From Nitrosopumilales archaeon (GTDB lineage Archaea > Thermoproteota > Nitrososphaeria > Nitrososphaerales > Nitrososphaeraceae): DNA of 64,000 nucleotides. Below are positions 28,766 to 39,788 of the stretch, one piece after another (position 1 is the stretch's first letter; each line of letters begins with the position of its first letter). A program made the translations under genes and the position numbers. The stretch spans positions 1 to 64,000 of the forward strand of contig JBIQJB010000007.1 of the NCBI GenBank assembly GCA_044507735.1, given 5' to 3'. Under the pieces are notes generated by a model. That model saw only the letters and a list, made by a program, of their open reading frames with translations, ran no database searches and had not been told where the DNA came from.

Positions 28766-29108
28766 CGGATGGAGGATTAATATTATTCTGGAAGGCTTTT
28801 CGGAATGCGAAATCGAAAATGTATTAATGCCTGAATTTTTCAGCAGATTTGTAGATTGATATTTTCTGCCTGATTCTGTGCGAGAGAAATATTACGCAGC
28901 AAGCCCATGACCTGTGCCAGTACTTGCAAGGCATTATGCCGGGTTCGAATCGAGACATGCCGTCATTGCCTGATGGAGTTGAGCCTAGGCATATTGAATA
29001 TCTGCATGGCAGCACGGCAGTAAAAAATGCAATAGGGCGGATGCCTGCGGCCCGCCAGCCTCATTACCGTGTTGCAGATTATGCGAGGAGACGCTCCAAG
29101 TATTACTA

Positions 29109-30428
29109 CTATGCAATGGCTCTTCTCAAGAAAGTCTCGGCATAGCTGTTGGCGGCCCTCTCCTCACGCTCATTTCTTGCATAATATCCGGTTACTGGAT
29201 CGGGGATCATCTGGTAGTCCAGCATATCCCTGACGCCATAGCAGCTGACAAGATGATGATAAAATTCATGTAGTATCGTCCGCATGCTCGTGCCTTCAGG
29301 CTTAAAGTATGCTATCATGTCGTCGGAATAATAGACTGCTATTGCATCCCTGCAGACCATGTCATTAATGGGAAACCTGTGCTGGAATACAAGCCTCATT
29401 GAGGGGACGCCGTATATCTTGCAGAGCATGTCGATTGCTGCCTGCGCCGACTTTGTCCTACAGATGTTTGCAAAGGTGGCGCATACTTCTTTTGGTGGAA
29501 GCCTGAGCTCGCTTATGTGCTTGACCGGCTGGAACATGGTTGCCGGCTCCATCTCTTCCTGTGGCACTTCGATGGTGGTGCCCTCAAGCTCCGAACGAAT
29601 TATGCTGCTGATAGCGTCCCTCAGCTTTGTGTAAAAGTCAAGGGTGATCTCATGGCTGGCGTTGTGGTACTTTGCACCGTGGAGGTAAAGGTACGGCAGA
29701 CCGTTGATGATTGTAAAGCTCATGGAGCTGTAGCAGTAGAGCGACACATTTGTCTGCCCTCTATTCCAGAACCTTGCATCGAAATGTGCGCGCATCTCCG
29801 GTTTGCCTATGACCTCTAGGTCGTCCAGCTTTTCTTTGGGGTCCATCAATTTGTAAATGGCCCTGAAGAGGCGCTCAAATGCCACGTCGGTGTATATCGA
29901 ATACTGCTTCTGGGTTCCGTTGGTGTGTATCCAAATAGTGGGGATTGTAACGCTGTTTTCAAACACGATCGCCTCGTCAGAGTCCATGATGCTAATGACC
30001 GCAATGTCGTCCATCACGTATCCTTCTGTGAATGCGCCTTCAAGCTCAACCTTGATCGTAGTCTGTTGGATGCTGCCAAGCGCTGGTATGGTGGAATCGT
30101 ACTGCCGTCTCCTGCCTCTGTCTATGAGGGTGTCGTAGGCCATCTGTATGACAGTAAAGATTGCGGTAGCCTCGGGCGACTTGTTCCTGTCAGGGTGGTA
30201 TTGGAGGGCAAGCCTCCTATACGCACGCTTGATTTCCTCTTCAGTGGCATTGTGGGTTATGCCTAGGATGGAATAGCAATCATACTTGTTGAGGTTAGCC
30301 GGGTCCTTGCGCTCGTATGTATTTCTTGCTGAGGGTTCTTCTTCTCTGCCGTCATCGTAGTCCTGCTTGCCCCTCGATTCCCCGTGATCGTCGCTGCCGG
30401 ACTTTTTTCTTCCCCTCCACCACTTCAC
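29109..30428 (-). CDS. DnaJ (J-domain) protein with a C-terminal HExxH zincin (ImmA/IrrE-like) domain
   Basis: YSILG..IKRAYRRLALQYHPDRN; TILHEFYHH...EERAANSYA. Confidence 0.8.
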   Translation of the reverse strand: MKWWRGRKKSGSDDHGESRGKQDYDDGREEEPSARNTYERKDPANLNKYDCYSILGITHNATEEEIKRAYRRLALQYHPDRNKSPEATAIFTVIQMAYDTLIDRGRRRQYDSTIPALGSIQQTTIKVELEGAFTEGYVMDDIAVISIMDSDEAIVFENSVTIPTIWIHTNGTQKQYSIYTDVAFERLFRAIYKLMDPKEKLDDLEVIGKPEMRAHFDARFWNRGQTNVSLYCYSSMSFTIINGLPYLYLHGAKYHNASHEITLDFYTKLRDAISSIIRSELEGTTIEVPQEEMEPATMFQPVKHISELRLPPKEVCATFANICRTKSAQAAIDMLCKIYGVPSMRLVFQHRFPINDMVCRDAIAVYYSDDMIAYFKPEGTSMRTILHEFYHHLVSCYGVRDMLDYQMIPDPVTGYYARNEREERAANSYAETFLRRAIA

Positions 30429-30763
30429 TGAGAATTGCTACACGATAATTGTATATAATCTTGGTAGCACAAAATGCTCCAATTATTCGGACGTGCCTGT
30501 TTGCTTTCCACAAGAATGTACAATCTTATTCCTACCTCATCAGCTGAGATGCTATGCAGAGTTGCACATCAAGAGTCCCGCATGCCCTGCAAGAACCTGC
30601 CTCTAACAAAAAAGAGCGCTGCACAGCAAATTCACTGGCGAGAAAGTGCCAGAATGTGTGAAAGAAGATGAAGAAAAAGAAGGCACAGGGGGTAGACGGG
30701 TGATGGTCAGAGGCTGGATTGCTCTGCCACGTCCACCGCCGCTGTATCGTCCTGCTCTACCGG

Positions 30764-31630
30764 TTAGCAGATGCCTCCCGGAAGACCAATTCCGCAGTTG
30801 TTGTTCTCTCCAAAGTTGTTGCGGTTTACGTTCACTGGCATTCCGTTAGCATTGTTGATGTCTGCCTTCGTGTGGCCAAATACGTTGTTCAAGTCTACAA
30901 AGTTGTCAAAGCTCTGCGCATCCACGAATATCCCGTTGTTACCGTTGGCAAACACTGTGTTTCCGAATATCAGATCGTCGTCGCTATCTGTAAGGACTAT
31001 GCCTTGCTTTTCATTGGCAGCTATCAGGTTAAATATCACTTGATTCTCTTGACTCGATTCCGATACCACGCCAAACCTGTTATTGTCGATGGTGTTCGTA
31101 GTCACCGAGATCTTGCTTGAGCCAGTTATGAAAACGGCAGCATCATTGTCTCTCAGAACAATGTCCTTCACCAGCCCACCTTTGCTACCTGTAAATGTGA
31201 CTGCCCTGTCAAAGCCAGATATCGAGCCTGGGCCGATTATCGAAACGTTGTTTGAGTCTGCAACCAGTATGCCATTGTTATCGCCATACTTCACTGTCAG
31301 ATTCACTGAGTCGTCATCTTCCTCTCCGATGGACCTTATTGTATGACCATTGAGGTTAATTGTCACGTCACTCGCGCCCACTATCAGCCCATTCCCTGCA
31401 CATTCTAGGTCTTGGTTCAAGCTCACATCTTCTGTCACCACAGCGCCACATGCGGGTACTCCTTGTACAGTGCTGGGGAGATCCAGGCCAAGATCTTCGA
31501 CGGCGTTGTTCCCGTTGCCATTTTGCCCTGATTCATCTTGGGCCGCCACAGGCAAAGTACTCGAAAATGCCCCTGCGACGACGATCGCCCCAATCACTAA
31601 GGCATAGTACATCGCAAATTTAGATTTCAT
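30764..31630 (-). CDS. Secreted right-handed parallel beta-helix (NosD-like) protein
   Basis: Signal peptide; TINLNGHTI and repeated N..GI PbH turns. Confidence 0.85.
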   Translation of the reverse strand: MKSKFAMYYALVIGAIVVAGAFSSTLPVAAQDESGQNGNGNNAVEDLGLDLPSTVQGVPACGAVVTEDVSLNQDLECAGNGLIVGASDVTINLNGHTIRSIGEEDDDSVNLTVKYGDNNGILVADSNNVSIIGPGSISGFDRAVTFTGSKGGLVKDIVLRDNDAAVFITGSSKISVTTNTIDNNRFGVVSESSQENQVIFNLIAANEKQGIVLTDSDDDLIFGNTVFANGNNGIFVDAQSFDNFVDLNNVFGHTKADINNANGMPVNVNRNNFGENNNCGIGLPGGIC

Positions 31631-31985
31631 ATTGAGAGAGACCCTCGTTTTTGACTATTTATGCAATGGGCAATGTCATACCCTACCAGTCATCTTGAGT
31701 ATACTTCTACGGCTTAACAATTGGGCCATCATCTTTCTGATGTTGTTGGCGATGATAACAATTTGTGGTGATACTCTGTGACGCTATAGAGCATAGAACC
31801 GACATGCTACGGTTCCAAGCAGACCGCCCCGCAAAAATCAGTCCCTTTTCTCTTGTTTGATCATGAAATATCTTGCTCCCATCACGCTGCATGCATGTCG
31901 CCATAAAAGAAAATTGACAAAATGTCCAAATTTTTAGCAGTACGAAGGTTATCATTCTACCAAGGATCGCAAGCCGAAGAACAAA

Positions 31986-32270
31986 ATGGTCAGGGTGTTA
32001 GAACATGCCCCTAATGCTCCTACTCACAATCGCGACAGAATTGATATTATTTCAAGTATTATAGATAGCACAAATGGCGGGTCGTCCAGAAGAAGAATAT
32101 TGTTGACGACGGGTCTATCCAGCACCCAATTCAAGAGATATCTTTCGCTGTTGGTGCAAAGCGGTTACATAGAGGTAGTAGAAGATAACAGGCAAAAAAT
32201 CTATAGGGCAACAGAGAAAGGAATCGCTCTCTTGAACGTGTACAACAACATTAAGGAGCTCTTGCAGTAG
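31986..32270 (+). CDS. Winged-helix DNA-binding protein
   Basis: RDRIDIISSII..LSSTQFKRYL..L..GYI..YRATEKG. Confidence 0.85.
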   Translation: MVRVLEHAPNAPTHNRDRIDIISSIIDSTNGGSSRRRILLTTGLSSTQFKRYLSLLVQSGYIEVVEDNRQKIYRATEKGIALLNVYNNIKELLQ

Positions 32271-32492
32271 AACATAACACCGCGAGGTGGTTATTTGCAG
32301 GGTACAATTCAGAATCTCTCATACCCTCTTCTACGTGGTTTTCCTCTGCAGACTGCCCGCAGCTCTTGCATGACAGTTCCTCATAGCAAAAGAAGGCAGC
32401 AATAACATGATCCTCCGCGGTCTTCTGAAAAATTTGCAGGAATGGGAATGCCCATTGCATATATGCACACGTAGATTTCTTCACTTGCGAGC

Positions 32493-33650
32493 ATGCGGCG
32501 GCTTGCCGGGTATCAAAGCCCCAGGCTTACAATGACGTTGGGAGCGGTAGCCTTGGTGATATTATCATCAATAGTGGGGATGATGTCGATCTTCAAGCAA
32601 CAAGAACAGGAAGAAGAGGAAGAAGAAGACGAAACAACAACAGCAGCAACAGCAGCAACAACAACAGCAAGACAACAACAGGAAATACCCTCGCAAGGCG
32701 AGGCTGGATCGATCCCAAGGGCTTCCCGTTCGATGAATTATGTAAGAGCGGACGCACGCATAGCTCTCACGACTCTAGATCATCCGGATCAACAGACCCC
32801 CGCCGATGTAGTAGCTAATGCCACCACTAGCAACTCTGCCAGCAACAGTGTTGCAAATAGCAACGCTAGCGACAATAATGGAAAGCAAAAAGAAGACAAT
32901 GATGACGATAATAACAGCAACAGACGTCCAATTTCCGCATCATGCGGCCAGGTCTTGACAGAGGATGCCATTCTATCGCATGATCTTGAGTGCACTGGCA
33001 TTGGAATGATTGCTGGCAAGGATGGAATAACGATACGGCTCAACAATCACAAATTATCGTCGTTGATCAACACCAACAATAACAACAGTAATCATAATAA
33101 TCATACAAACTCAACAATGATTCTCGAACTAGAAAGTATCGGGATATCAATCCCAAATGCAAATAATGTCACAATAGTTGGGCCGGGTGTCATTACAGGC
33201 TTTAACACCGCAATCGAATTTGCGGGCAGCGAAGTGGGACGTGTCTTGGATCTCAAGCTAGCTGATAACAAGATTGGCATCATGCTTAAAGCCTCTAATA
33301 ATATAGCAATCCAATCGACATCCATCGAGGGGAACGCTGTTGGCATAGCGTCCCAATCGAGCAGGGCAGGCAAGATAAATTTTAACCAAATATTTCAAAA
33401 TACGGACCAGGGAATTGTGCTCATAGATTCTGACTACTTTACCATAAGTTCCAATAGCGTTATTGATAGTGGGGATAATGGCATCTTTCTCGATATTCAG
33501 AGCTTCAACAACACTATATCCTATAACAACCTCTTCAACCAGACGTCCGTAGATATTAACAACGCCAATGGAGTACCGAACGACATATTGTCAAACGAAT
33601 TTGTGGGAAATATTTGTCGCAAGACTGAGCCAGCTGGGCTATGCCATTGA
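32493..33650 (+). CDS. Membrane-anchored parallel beta-helix (NosD-like) protein with a low-complexity linker
   Basis: N-terminal TM, E/T/N-rich runs, CG..LT.D..L..DL.C and PbH repeats; paralog of 30764..31630. Confidence 0.82.
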   Translation: MRRLAGYQSPRLTMTLGAVALVILSSIVGMMSIFKQQEQEEEEEEDETTTAATAATTTARQQQEIPSQGEAGSIPRASRSMNYVRADARIALTTLDHPDQQTPADVVANATTSNSASNSVANSNASDNNGKQKEDNDDDNNSNRRPISASCGQVLTEDAILSHDLECTGIGMIAGKDGITIRLNNHKLSSLINTNNNNSNHNNHTNSTMILELESIGISIPNANNVTIVGPGVITGFNTAIEFAGSEVGRVLDLKLADNKIGIMLKASNNIAIQSTSIEGNAVGIASQSSRAGKINFNQIFQNTDQGIVLIDSDYFTISSNSVIDSGDNGIFLDIQSFNNTISYNNLFNQTSVDINNANGVPNDILSNEFVGNICRKTEPAGLCH

Positions 33651-34102
33651 CTACTCTCGCCCATAAACGGTGTGGATTTCTTCTGTGATCAATATGCCTA
33701 TCCTGCAGCTGCAATCGCCAGAGGCTCGGGGATAGTCAACGTGACACTCTTTATTCTTGAAGGCATCCCAAGAGCTCGTCACATTACGTGCATATGCTGC
33801 CGATACACTCGACATTCTTCCTTTCATGCTGGCCAACAGATACCGCTATCCTAGTCTGGCTGATCCTATCCTTGCTGATTCTGATGACAGGATCCGTTCC
33901 AGCGTCATGTGACAAGTGTCATGTACTTTTTGGCCGGATATGCGCTGCAGTTTCGTCTTCTCTCTATACAACATAATCAAATGTCATATTACATAATATC
34001 GGATTCAGATTCAATTTTGGTTGGAACATAAATTAACAAAAGGAGCTCAATCACTTGCGTGGGGGCAATATCCGGTGTACTTGAGCCACCGGTTGGTTCA
34101 AA

Positions 34103-37100
34103 ATGATCCGTCGAAGCTATTCCGCGGCAGCCATCGCTTGCTTTTCGCTCTTGCTTGCTGCCGCCATCCAGCCATCTATGCCTTTTGCAAGCGCCCAGCT
34201 TGCTAGTGATGCGCATCAACCTGAAGGGTCAGTGCGGTTTGCATTTGTGGATTCCTTTTGGACAGATTCTGTCGCGCTTGGTTCGGTCGTTGCGAGCACA
34301 TCTTCTGAAAACATTTCGGTAAACCCTCTGCCGCCCGCTGCCAAGAGGGAAACTGAGCCGGGACAAGGCGAGGCCATCCTTGCAGTTGTACTGGTTAACA
34401 GGGGTTCTGCCGACGCGACCAGCATAAGGGCATCATTGGATTTTCCATCCGGCTTTAATGCGATTGTCACCCCTGAGGACGTGGACTCGGACACTGCGCT
34501 GGCAAGCTACAACGGCGTGGTGGCGGCTGGTCGAACATTTACGCTGTATTTCCGAGTCGAGATCACCGACGACGCCGATGTGGACAAGGAGTACGAGGGC
34601 GACCTTCGCATACGCTACGTCATGGTGGGAGACCCTGAAGATACCAGATCTACAACCATTGAAGTTCCGTTCAGGCTGACAGGAACGGCAATCCTGAGCG
34701 CACATGCAGTCGAGTCAGACGAATCACGGGAGTCTGACCTGGGCGTCGTAAGCGTTTCCCCCGGCTCGTCCAGCACCCTCGAGATTGAGATAAGAAATGA
34801 CGGGACTGCGCCAGCAACTCGGGTGGTCGCAAGCATCGCGGCTGGCGGCCAAGAGACTCCAGCGACTGGCGGCAACAACAGCCAGGTCGTGCCGCCTAGG
34901 TCTGTCCCGCTTGTAATTGTCGGCAGCCCGACGTTTAACATCGGCAGATTGGAAGCCGACGATGACGAGGAGATAAAACCCGTCGTCTTTGCCGCTGACG
35001 CGGCTGCAGGAACCCTGACAACCCTGAACATCCAGATCACGTACAACGACGCATACGGGAACCAAAGGGTTGCAAACCAAATAGTGGGCATACAGGTGTC
35101 ACCCAAATCGCCGCAGTCTGGGCTGAACATCTCGCCATCTGTCCTGGATGCGCCCTCCAGGCAGCCAGAGGTGCCCCTGACGCTAACTACTCTGAGTCCT
35201 TCTGCCGCCGGAAACGTCACTGCCCCGGCCGGCAACGGTACTGCGGCATTGCCGCAGACTGCTACTGCATCGCAGCCAATCAAGATACAGGCAGGCAGCA
35301 TACAGGATCTGAAATTTGCGATCACCAACGACGAGACTGTCGGTGGGTCCATAACCGACGTCACAGTGACGCTCACATCTGGATCGAACGAAGTCAGGAT
35401 CCTGGGCGATTCCCGGTGGAACCTGCAGAGCCTGCCGGAGGGGTCGCGGCAGCAACTGTCAACCCAGGTGTACGCCTCTACCGCCGTCATCGGAAGTCCT
35501 GTGTTCTTTACGGTGACCATGGAGTACATACGGGATGGCGATGAGCTTAGGACAGAGACATTCCAGCTTGGGGCGGTTGTGGTCGGCGAAATCAGGATAA
35601 GCGCAAACGACCTTGCGATAAGCTACATCGGAGATACCCCGAACCTGGCGGGGAATCTCTTGAACACCGGCAACACGCCGGCGCTCTTTACCAGCATAGA
35701 GCTGGTGGCGCAGGAGGGCCAGAGCCTGCAGCCAGCCACATCTTCTCAGTATCTCGGCGACCTGCCGGTGAATTCCCCTGTTGCATTCAACATCCCTCTG
35801 GCATTGCCGGAGAACGCCACAGGGCAGACATATCCAGTATTGCTCCGCATTACGTACAGCGACGAGCTTAGAAACAATCAAGAGCAGATCGTCAATGGGA
35901 CGGTCAGTTTGGGGAATTTGCTTGCGGGGGATGCGCTCGGTCCGGGTGCAGCCAACACCGGGTTTGTCGACGCGTACTGGGCGCAGTCCGCATCGCCTGC
36001 AGCCACCGCGTCAAACACATCGGAGCAGGCAGCAGGCCAAGGCCTTCCTTCCGAGCGTGAGGTCGGGCCGGGAGAGGGGCCGGCCTTTCTTGCAGTGGTG
36101 CTGAGCAACACCGCGTTTTCAGACATTACGGGGATAATCGGGTATCTCCGGCTACCTGAAGGATTTACAGCCGCGACCTTGGATCAGGGGCAGACTGCGA
36201 TTGCAAGCCTGAGCGGGGTGGTCAGGGCCGGCCAGACGTATACTCTCTACTTCCGGGTGAATGTGCAGGAGGGGGCACAGATAGGCGTGCACAACGCCCT
36301 CCTTGAAATAAACTACTTCAAGGTGCCCGAGCCCCAGCCGGGGAGATACAGGGTGCAGACCATAACAGTGCCCTTTGAGCTTGCAGGCAAGGTGGTTCTA
36401 GACGCGTCGCCGGAGACAAGCAACCTAGTACCGGGGGAGACAAACGAGGTGAAAATCAACATCAGAAACAGGGGATCCGCAGACGCCCGAAGCGTCATAG
36501 TAACCCTTGACTCGATTGGCGGCAGCATCATTACAGGCGACAGCAGCAACCGGCAGACAAGCGGCAACGCTCAACGCAACGAAACAGGAGAGGCTTCTGC
36601 CTCCGCCGTCAGCCTCGGCGCAAGAACATTCAACATCGGAACCATTCCTGCCGGCGGAGCCGCAGAGATAACGACCACCGTGTTTCCGTCAAGCACCGCA
36701 GGCGGGACTCTCCAGAACCTAGATGTTACTATATCGTACAACGACGCAAACGGAGATGCTAAATCGACAGCCGTTTCGCTTGGATTCAGGGTGTCGCCAA
36801 ATCCGCCTGACGGCGGCCTGAGCGTGACCCCATCTGCGGCAGAGGGCGCGCAGGCAGGAAGAATCATTTTCGGAACGACAATCACCGGCTCGCCGGCCGG
36901 TAGCGCCGGCAATGCAAGCGGCGGCGCCACTTCCAAGGCAGCCATTGTCGCAGGCAGGGTGGACGACCTGAATTTCAACATCACGAACAACAACAATAAC
37001 CCCGTAACCGATGTCGTGGTTACGCTCACCCCAAGGTCGGGCTCGCTTGAAATTCTCGGAGATTCCCGATGGACGCTGCCGTCGCTTGAGCCGCGTACAA

Positions 37101-37804
37101 CCGCGCGGTTCTCCACCACCGTGTTTGCTTCAGAATCCTTGATTGGAAATCCTGTATCCTTTGAGGTAGGGATACAATACATATCGGGAGATGAGGCAAA
37201 GTCAGAGACCCTGTCGCTTGGGGCAAACGTGATGGGCGAGATCAGGATAACTGTAACCGACCTGCAGGTGAGCTATATAGGAGGCACTCCAAACCTGGCA
37301 GGGAATCTGCTGAACCAGGGAAACACAATGGCGTTCTTTACGACCATAGCAATGGAAAAACCTGCCTCAAACAGCAGCAGCAACAGCCTCATGCCGCTGA
37401 CAGACGATCCGCAGTATCTGGGCGACCTGGAGGAAAACTCGCCCCTCCCATTCACGATCCCGCTTGCATCCGACGGCGGCAGAATCCCGGCAGGCCAGTA
37501 CCCTGTCTCGCTTCTGATCAAGTATAGCGACGAGCTGAGGGACGAATACGAGTTTGAAATAAACTCGGTTGTTCCAGTTGAGCCGCCCGCGCAAGAAGGG
37601 CCTGCCCAGAGCGGTGGGATGCCTGACGGCACGACCAACATGATAGTCATCGGCCTGATATTGGTGGCCGTGGCAGTCATTGCCGTCATAGTCATCACGA
37701 GGAGGCGGAGACAAAGGGTGTCAAGATTGGTGAGCAAGGACGAAGAAGATTATGAACGTCTGGACGAGTACCGCCGATCCGAGCGCGATTCAGCAGGCCT
37801 GTAA
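34103..37804 (+). CDS. COG1361 S-layer-family surface protein with an internal duplication and C-terminal TM anchor
   Basis: Signal peptide; duplicated FVD.[FY]W, PGxG.A.LAVVL.N, ILGDSRW.L and PNLAGNLLN.GNT; TM followed by RRRR. Confidence 0.88.
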   Translation: MIRRSYSAAAIACFSLLLAAAIQPSMPFASAQLASDAHQPEGSVRFAFVDSFWTDSVALGSVVASTSSENISVNPLPPAAKRETEPGQGEAILAVVLVNRGSADATSIRASLDFPSGFNAIVTPEDVDSDTALASYNGVVAAGRTFTLYFRVEITDDADVDKEYEGDLRIRYVMVGDPEDTRSTTIEVPFRLTGTAILSAHAVESDESRESDLGVVSVSPGSSSTLEIEIRNDGTAPATRVVASIAAGGQETPATGGNNSQVVPPRSVPLVIVGSPTFNIGRLEADDDEEIKPVVFAADAAAGTLTTLNIQITYNDAYGNQRVANQIVGIQVSPKSPQSGLNISPSVLDAPSRQPEVPLTLTTLSPSAAGNVTAPAGNGTAALPQTATASQPIKIQAGSIQDLKFAITNDETVGGSITDVTVTLTSGSNEVRILGDSRWNLQSLPEGSRQQLSTQVYASTAVIGSPVFFTVTMEYIRDGDELRTETFQLGAVVVGEIRISANDLAISYIGDTPNLAGNLLNTGNTPALFTSIELVAQEGQSLQPATSSQYLGDLPVNSPVAFNIPLALPENATGQTYPVLLRITYSDELRNNQEQIVNGTVSLGNLLAGDALGPGAANTGFVDAYWAQSASPAATASNTSEQAAGQGLPSEREVGPGEGPAFLAVVLSNTAFSDITGIIGYLRLPEGFTAATLDQGQTAIASLSGVVRAGQTYTLYFRVNVQEGAQIGVHNALLEINYFKVPEPQPGRYRVQTITVPFELAGKVVLDASPETSNLVPGETNEVKINIRNRGSADARSVIVTLDSIGGSIITGDSSNRQTSGNAQRNETGEASASAVSLGARTFNIGTIPAGGAAEITTTVFPSSTAGGTLQNLDVTISYNDANGDAKSTAVSLGFRVSPNPPDGGLSVTPSAAEGAQAGRIIFGTTITGSPAGSAGNASGGATSKAAIVAGRVDDLNFNITNNNNNPVTDVVVTLTPRSGSLEILGDSRWTLPSLEPRTTARFSTTVFASESLIGNPVSFEVGIQYISGDEAKSETLSLGANVMGEIRITVTDLQVSYIGGTPNLAGNLLNQGNTMAFFTTIAMEKPASNSSSNSLMPLTDDPQYLGDLEENSPLPFTIPLASDGGRIPAGQYPVSLLIKYSDELRDEYEFEINSVVPVEPPAQEGPAQSGGMPDGTTNMIVIGLILVAVAVIAVIVITRRRRQRVSRLVSKDEEDYERLDEYRRSERDSAGL

Positions 37805-37865
37805 AGACAGCTTTGTCGAACTCTTATTATTTGATAAGTGTACATTTTTTTGCAGCATTCTATTG

Positions 37866-39047
37866 TTGGATTACAGGCTCAAAGTTGCAGTCAGCATGCT
37901 GTTCAAAAAGAAAAGCAGCATGTTCGCAGCAGTCATCGCCGTTGCAATCGCGGTGCTTGTCATAGTGATAAACTATGTCACATTTGACGGGGTGGCAAAC
38001 GCAATCATACGCGATCTGGTCGACTACAGGTTTGGGCACATCCAGATATCAGACAGAAATGGCGACATCGAAAGGCCGGAAAGCGAGCTGATAGGATTCT
38101 TGGAAAGCACGGGGATGGTCAAGGGGGCGACCGTGAGGCTGAATGACGTTGCATCGATAAACAACACCAGAACCTCTGTCCCGGTCAGAGTCTACGGCGT
38201 CCCTATTGTGGGGGTTCTTCCGCAGGAGGAAGAGGACGCAACGCGTTTGGCAGACACCGTGGTGCAAGGGACGTTTCTCACATCCCGCGATTCAATAGTG
38301 CTTGGCGCCAGCGTTGCAGAAGACCTTGAGGCCAGAATCGGCGACCCGGTAAGGGTGAAGGTGACTGACGAATCCGGAAACGAGCAGACAAAGAGGTTCA
38401 CTGTAGTCGGGATATCAGAGACTGCCGGCGGGCTTGGTTTTGACACGTCTGCGATCGTTCACATCGAAGCTTTGCGCGACTTGAACGGCAGGGATGACAG
38501 CAGCAGCGAGCTGATAGTGAGGCTCTATGACCAGCGGGACTCTGACAATGTATCCCGGGCGTTTTCCACAAGATACGCAGGCGAGCACTTTAAAATACAG
38601 ACGATCGAGGAGTCCGCTGAGGGCATCCTCCAGGGGATACGCTCCGGAATCGCATTCATAAACCTGGTGGGATATTTCGGGATGCTGTCATCGGCCTTTG
38701 GCATCATTACGATAATGATGATGATTGTAACAAGCAAGATAAGGGAGATAGGAGTGATGCGGGCTTTAGGCTCGAGCAAGAGCGATGTCATGATAATCTT
38801 TCTGCTGCAGGGAACAATCATCGGGGCAATGGGCGCCGCGCTTGGGTTTCTGCTTGGGTCATCCTATGCCCTCTACGCACAGAACTCGGATCTTTCATTT
38901 GGGGAGAGCCTGTCGCTTGCAGTGCGCTACGACCCGGTGTTTGTGGCAAACACCGCGCTCACCGGCCTTGTAATGGGGGTTGCTGCTTCGATCTATCCGG
39001 CATGGCGCACCACAAAGCTAGAACCGGCGGAGGCGACTCGCTATTAG
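37866..39047 (+). CDS. ABC exporter permease (FtsX/MacB/LolC-E type)
   Basis: TTG start giving MDYR.. (paralog starts MDFR); REIGVMRALG and YPAWR..KLEP. Confidence 0.9.
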   Translation: MDYRLKVAVSMLFKKKSSMFAAVIAVAIAVLVIVINYVTFDGVANAIIRDLVDYRFGHIQISDRNGDIERPESELIGFLESTGMVKGATVRLNDVASINNTRTSVPVRVYGVPIVGVLPQEEEDATRLADTVVQGTFLTSRDSIVLGASVAEDLEARIGDPVRVKVTDESGNEQTKRFTVVGISETAGGLGFDTSAIVHIEALRDLNGRDDSSSELIVRLYDQRDSDNVSRAFSTRYAGEHFKIQTIEESAEGILQGIRSGIAFINLVGYFGMLSSAFGIITIMMMIVTSKIREIGVMRALGSSKSDVMIIFLLQGTIIGAMGAALGFLLGSSYALYAQNSDLSFGESLSLAVRYDPVFVANTALTGLVMGVAASIYPAWRTTKLEPAEATRY

Positions 39048-39063
39048 GGATAGGTCAAGGATT

Positions 39064-39738
39064 GTGGAAGCACACGGCCTGACCAAGATATACGGGACAG
39101 GCGATGTCTCCACGCTCGCGCTCAGAAACGTATCGTTTGACATACGCAGGGGCGAATTTGTCCTGATAGTGGGCCAGTCCGGCTCTGGCAAGTCAACGCT
39201 GCTGCACATAATCGGGCTACTTGACAAGCCCACTGCAGGTAGGATCGTAATTGATGGGATAGACACAACCCGTCTCTCCGACGCTGACAGGTCAATAGTG
39301 CGGCGGCGCAAGATTGGATTTATCTTTCAGGCATACAACCTCCTGTCCGACCTCACCGTGGTGGAAAACGTGATGCTGCCGCTAATGATGACAAACAGAG
39401 GCTCGTCTTCTACGATGCGGAGAGAGGCTGAAAGGTTGCTTGGGAAGGTGGGCCTTGCCCGGCAAGTAGACAAGCAGTCAAACCAGCTGTCAGGGGGACA
39501 GATGCAGCGGGTTGCGGTGGCAAGGGCGCTGGTCAGCAGGCCGGCGCTTGTCCTTGGCGACGAGCCGACTGGAAACCTGGATTCAAAGTCGTCGCAAGAT
39601 GTCATTACGCTGATGAAGGAGCTGAACAAAGAGCTGAACCAGACGTTTGTCATTGTGACCCACTCAAGGGAGTCTTTTGGCAGGGTAGACAGGACAATCG
39701 TACTGAGGGACGGGAGGATCGAAAAGATTGTGGAGTAG
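39064..39738 (+). CDS. ABC ATP-binding protein (LolD/MacB type)
   Basis: GQSGSGKST, LSGGQMQRVAVARAL and DEPTGNLD. Confidence 0.95.
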   Translation: MEAHGLTKIYGTGDVSTLALRNVSFDIRRGEFVLIVGQSGSGKSTLLHIIGLLDKPTAGRIVIDGIDTTRLSDADRSIVRRRKIGFIFQAYNLLSDLTVVENVMLPLMMTNRGSSSTMRREAERLLGKVGLARQVDKQSNQLSGGQMQRVAVARALVSRPALVLGDEPTGNLDSKSSQDVITLMKELNKELNQTFVIVTHSRESFGRVDRTIVLRDGRIEKIVE

Positions 39739-39788
39739 TATTGGGGTTCAGGGGCGCAGCTCAATTTTGTCATGGGAGGCTAAGCGAA

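Noticed and set aside
34216-37737. Long antisense ORFs (up to 304 aa) inside the COG1361 gene; similar shadows over tiaS, moeB and the methyltransferase
   Set aside because: Antisense shadows of GC-rich coding sequence with no motifs
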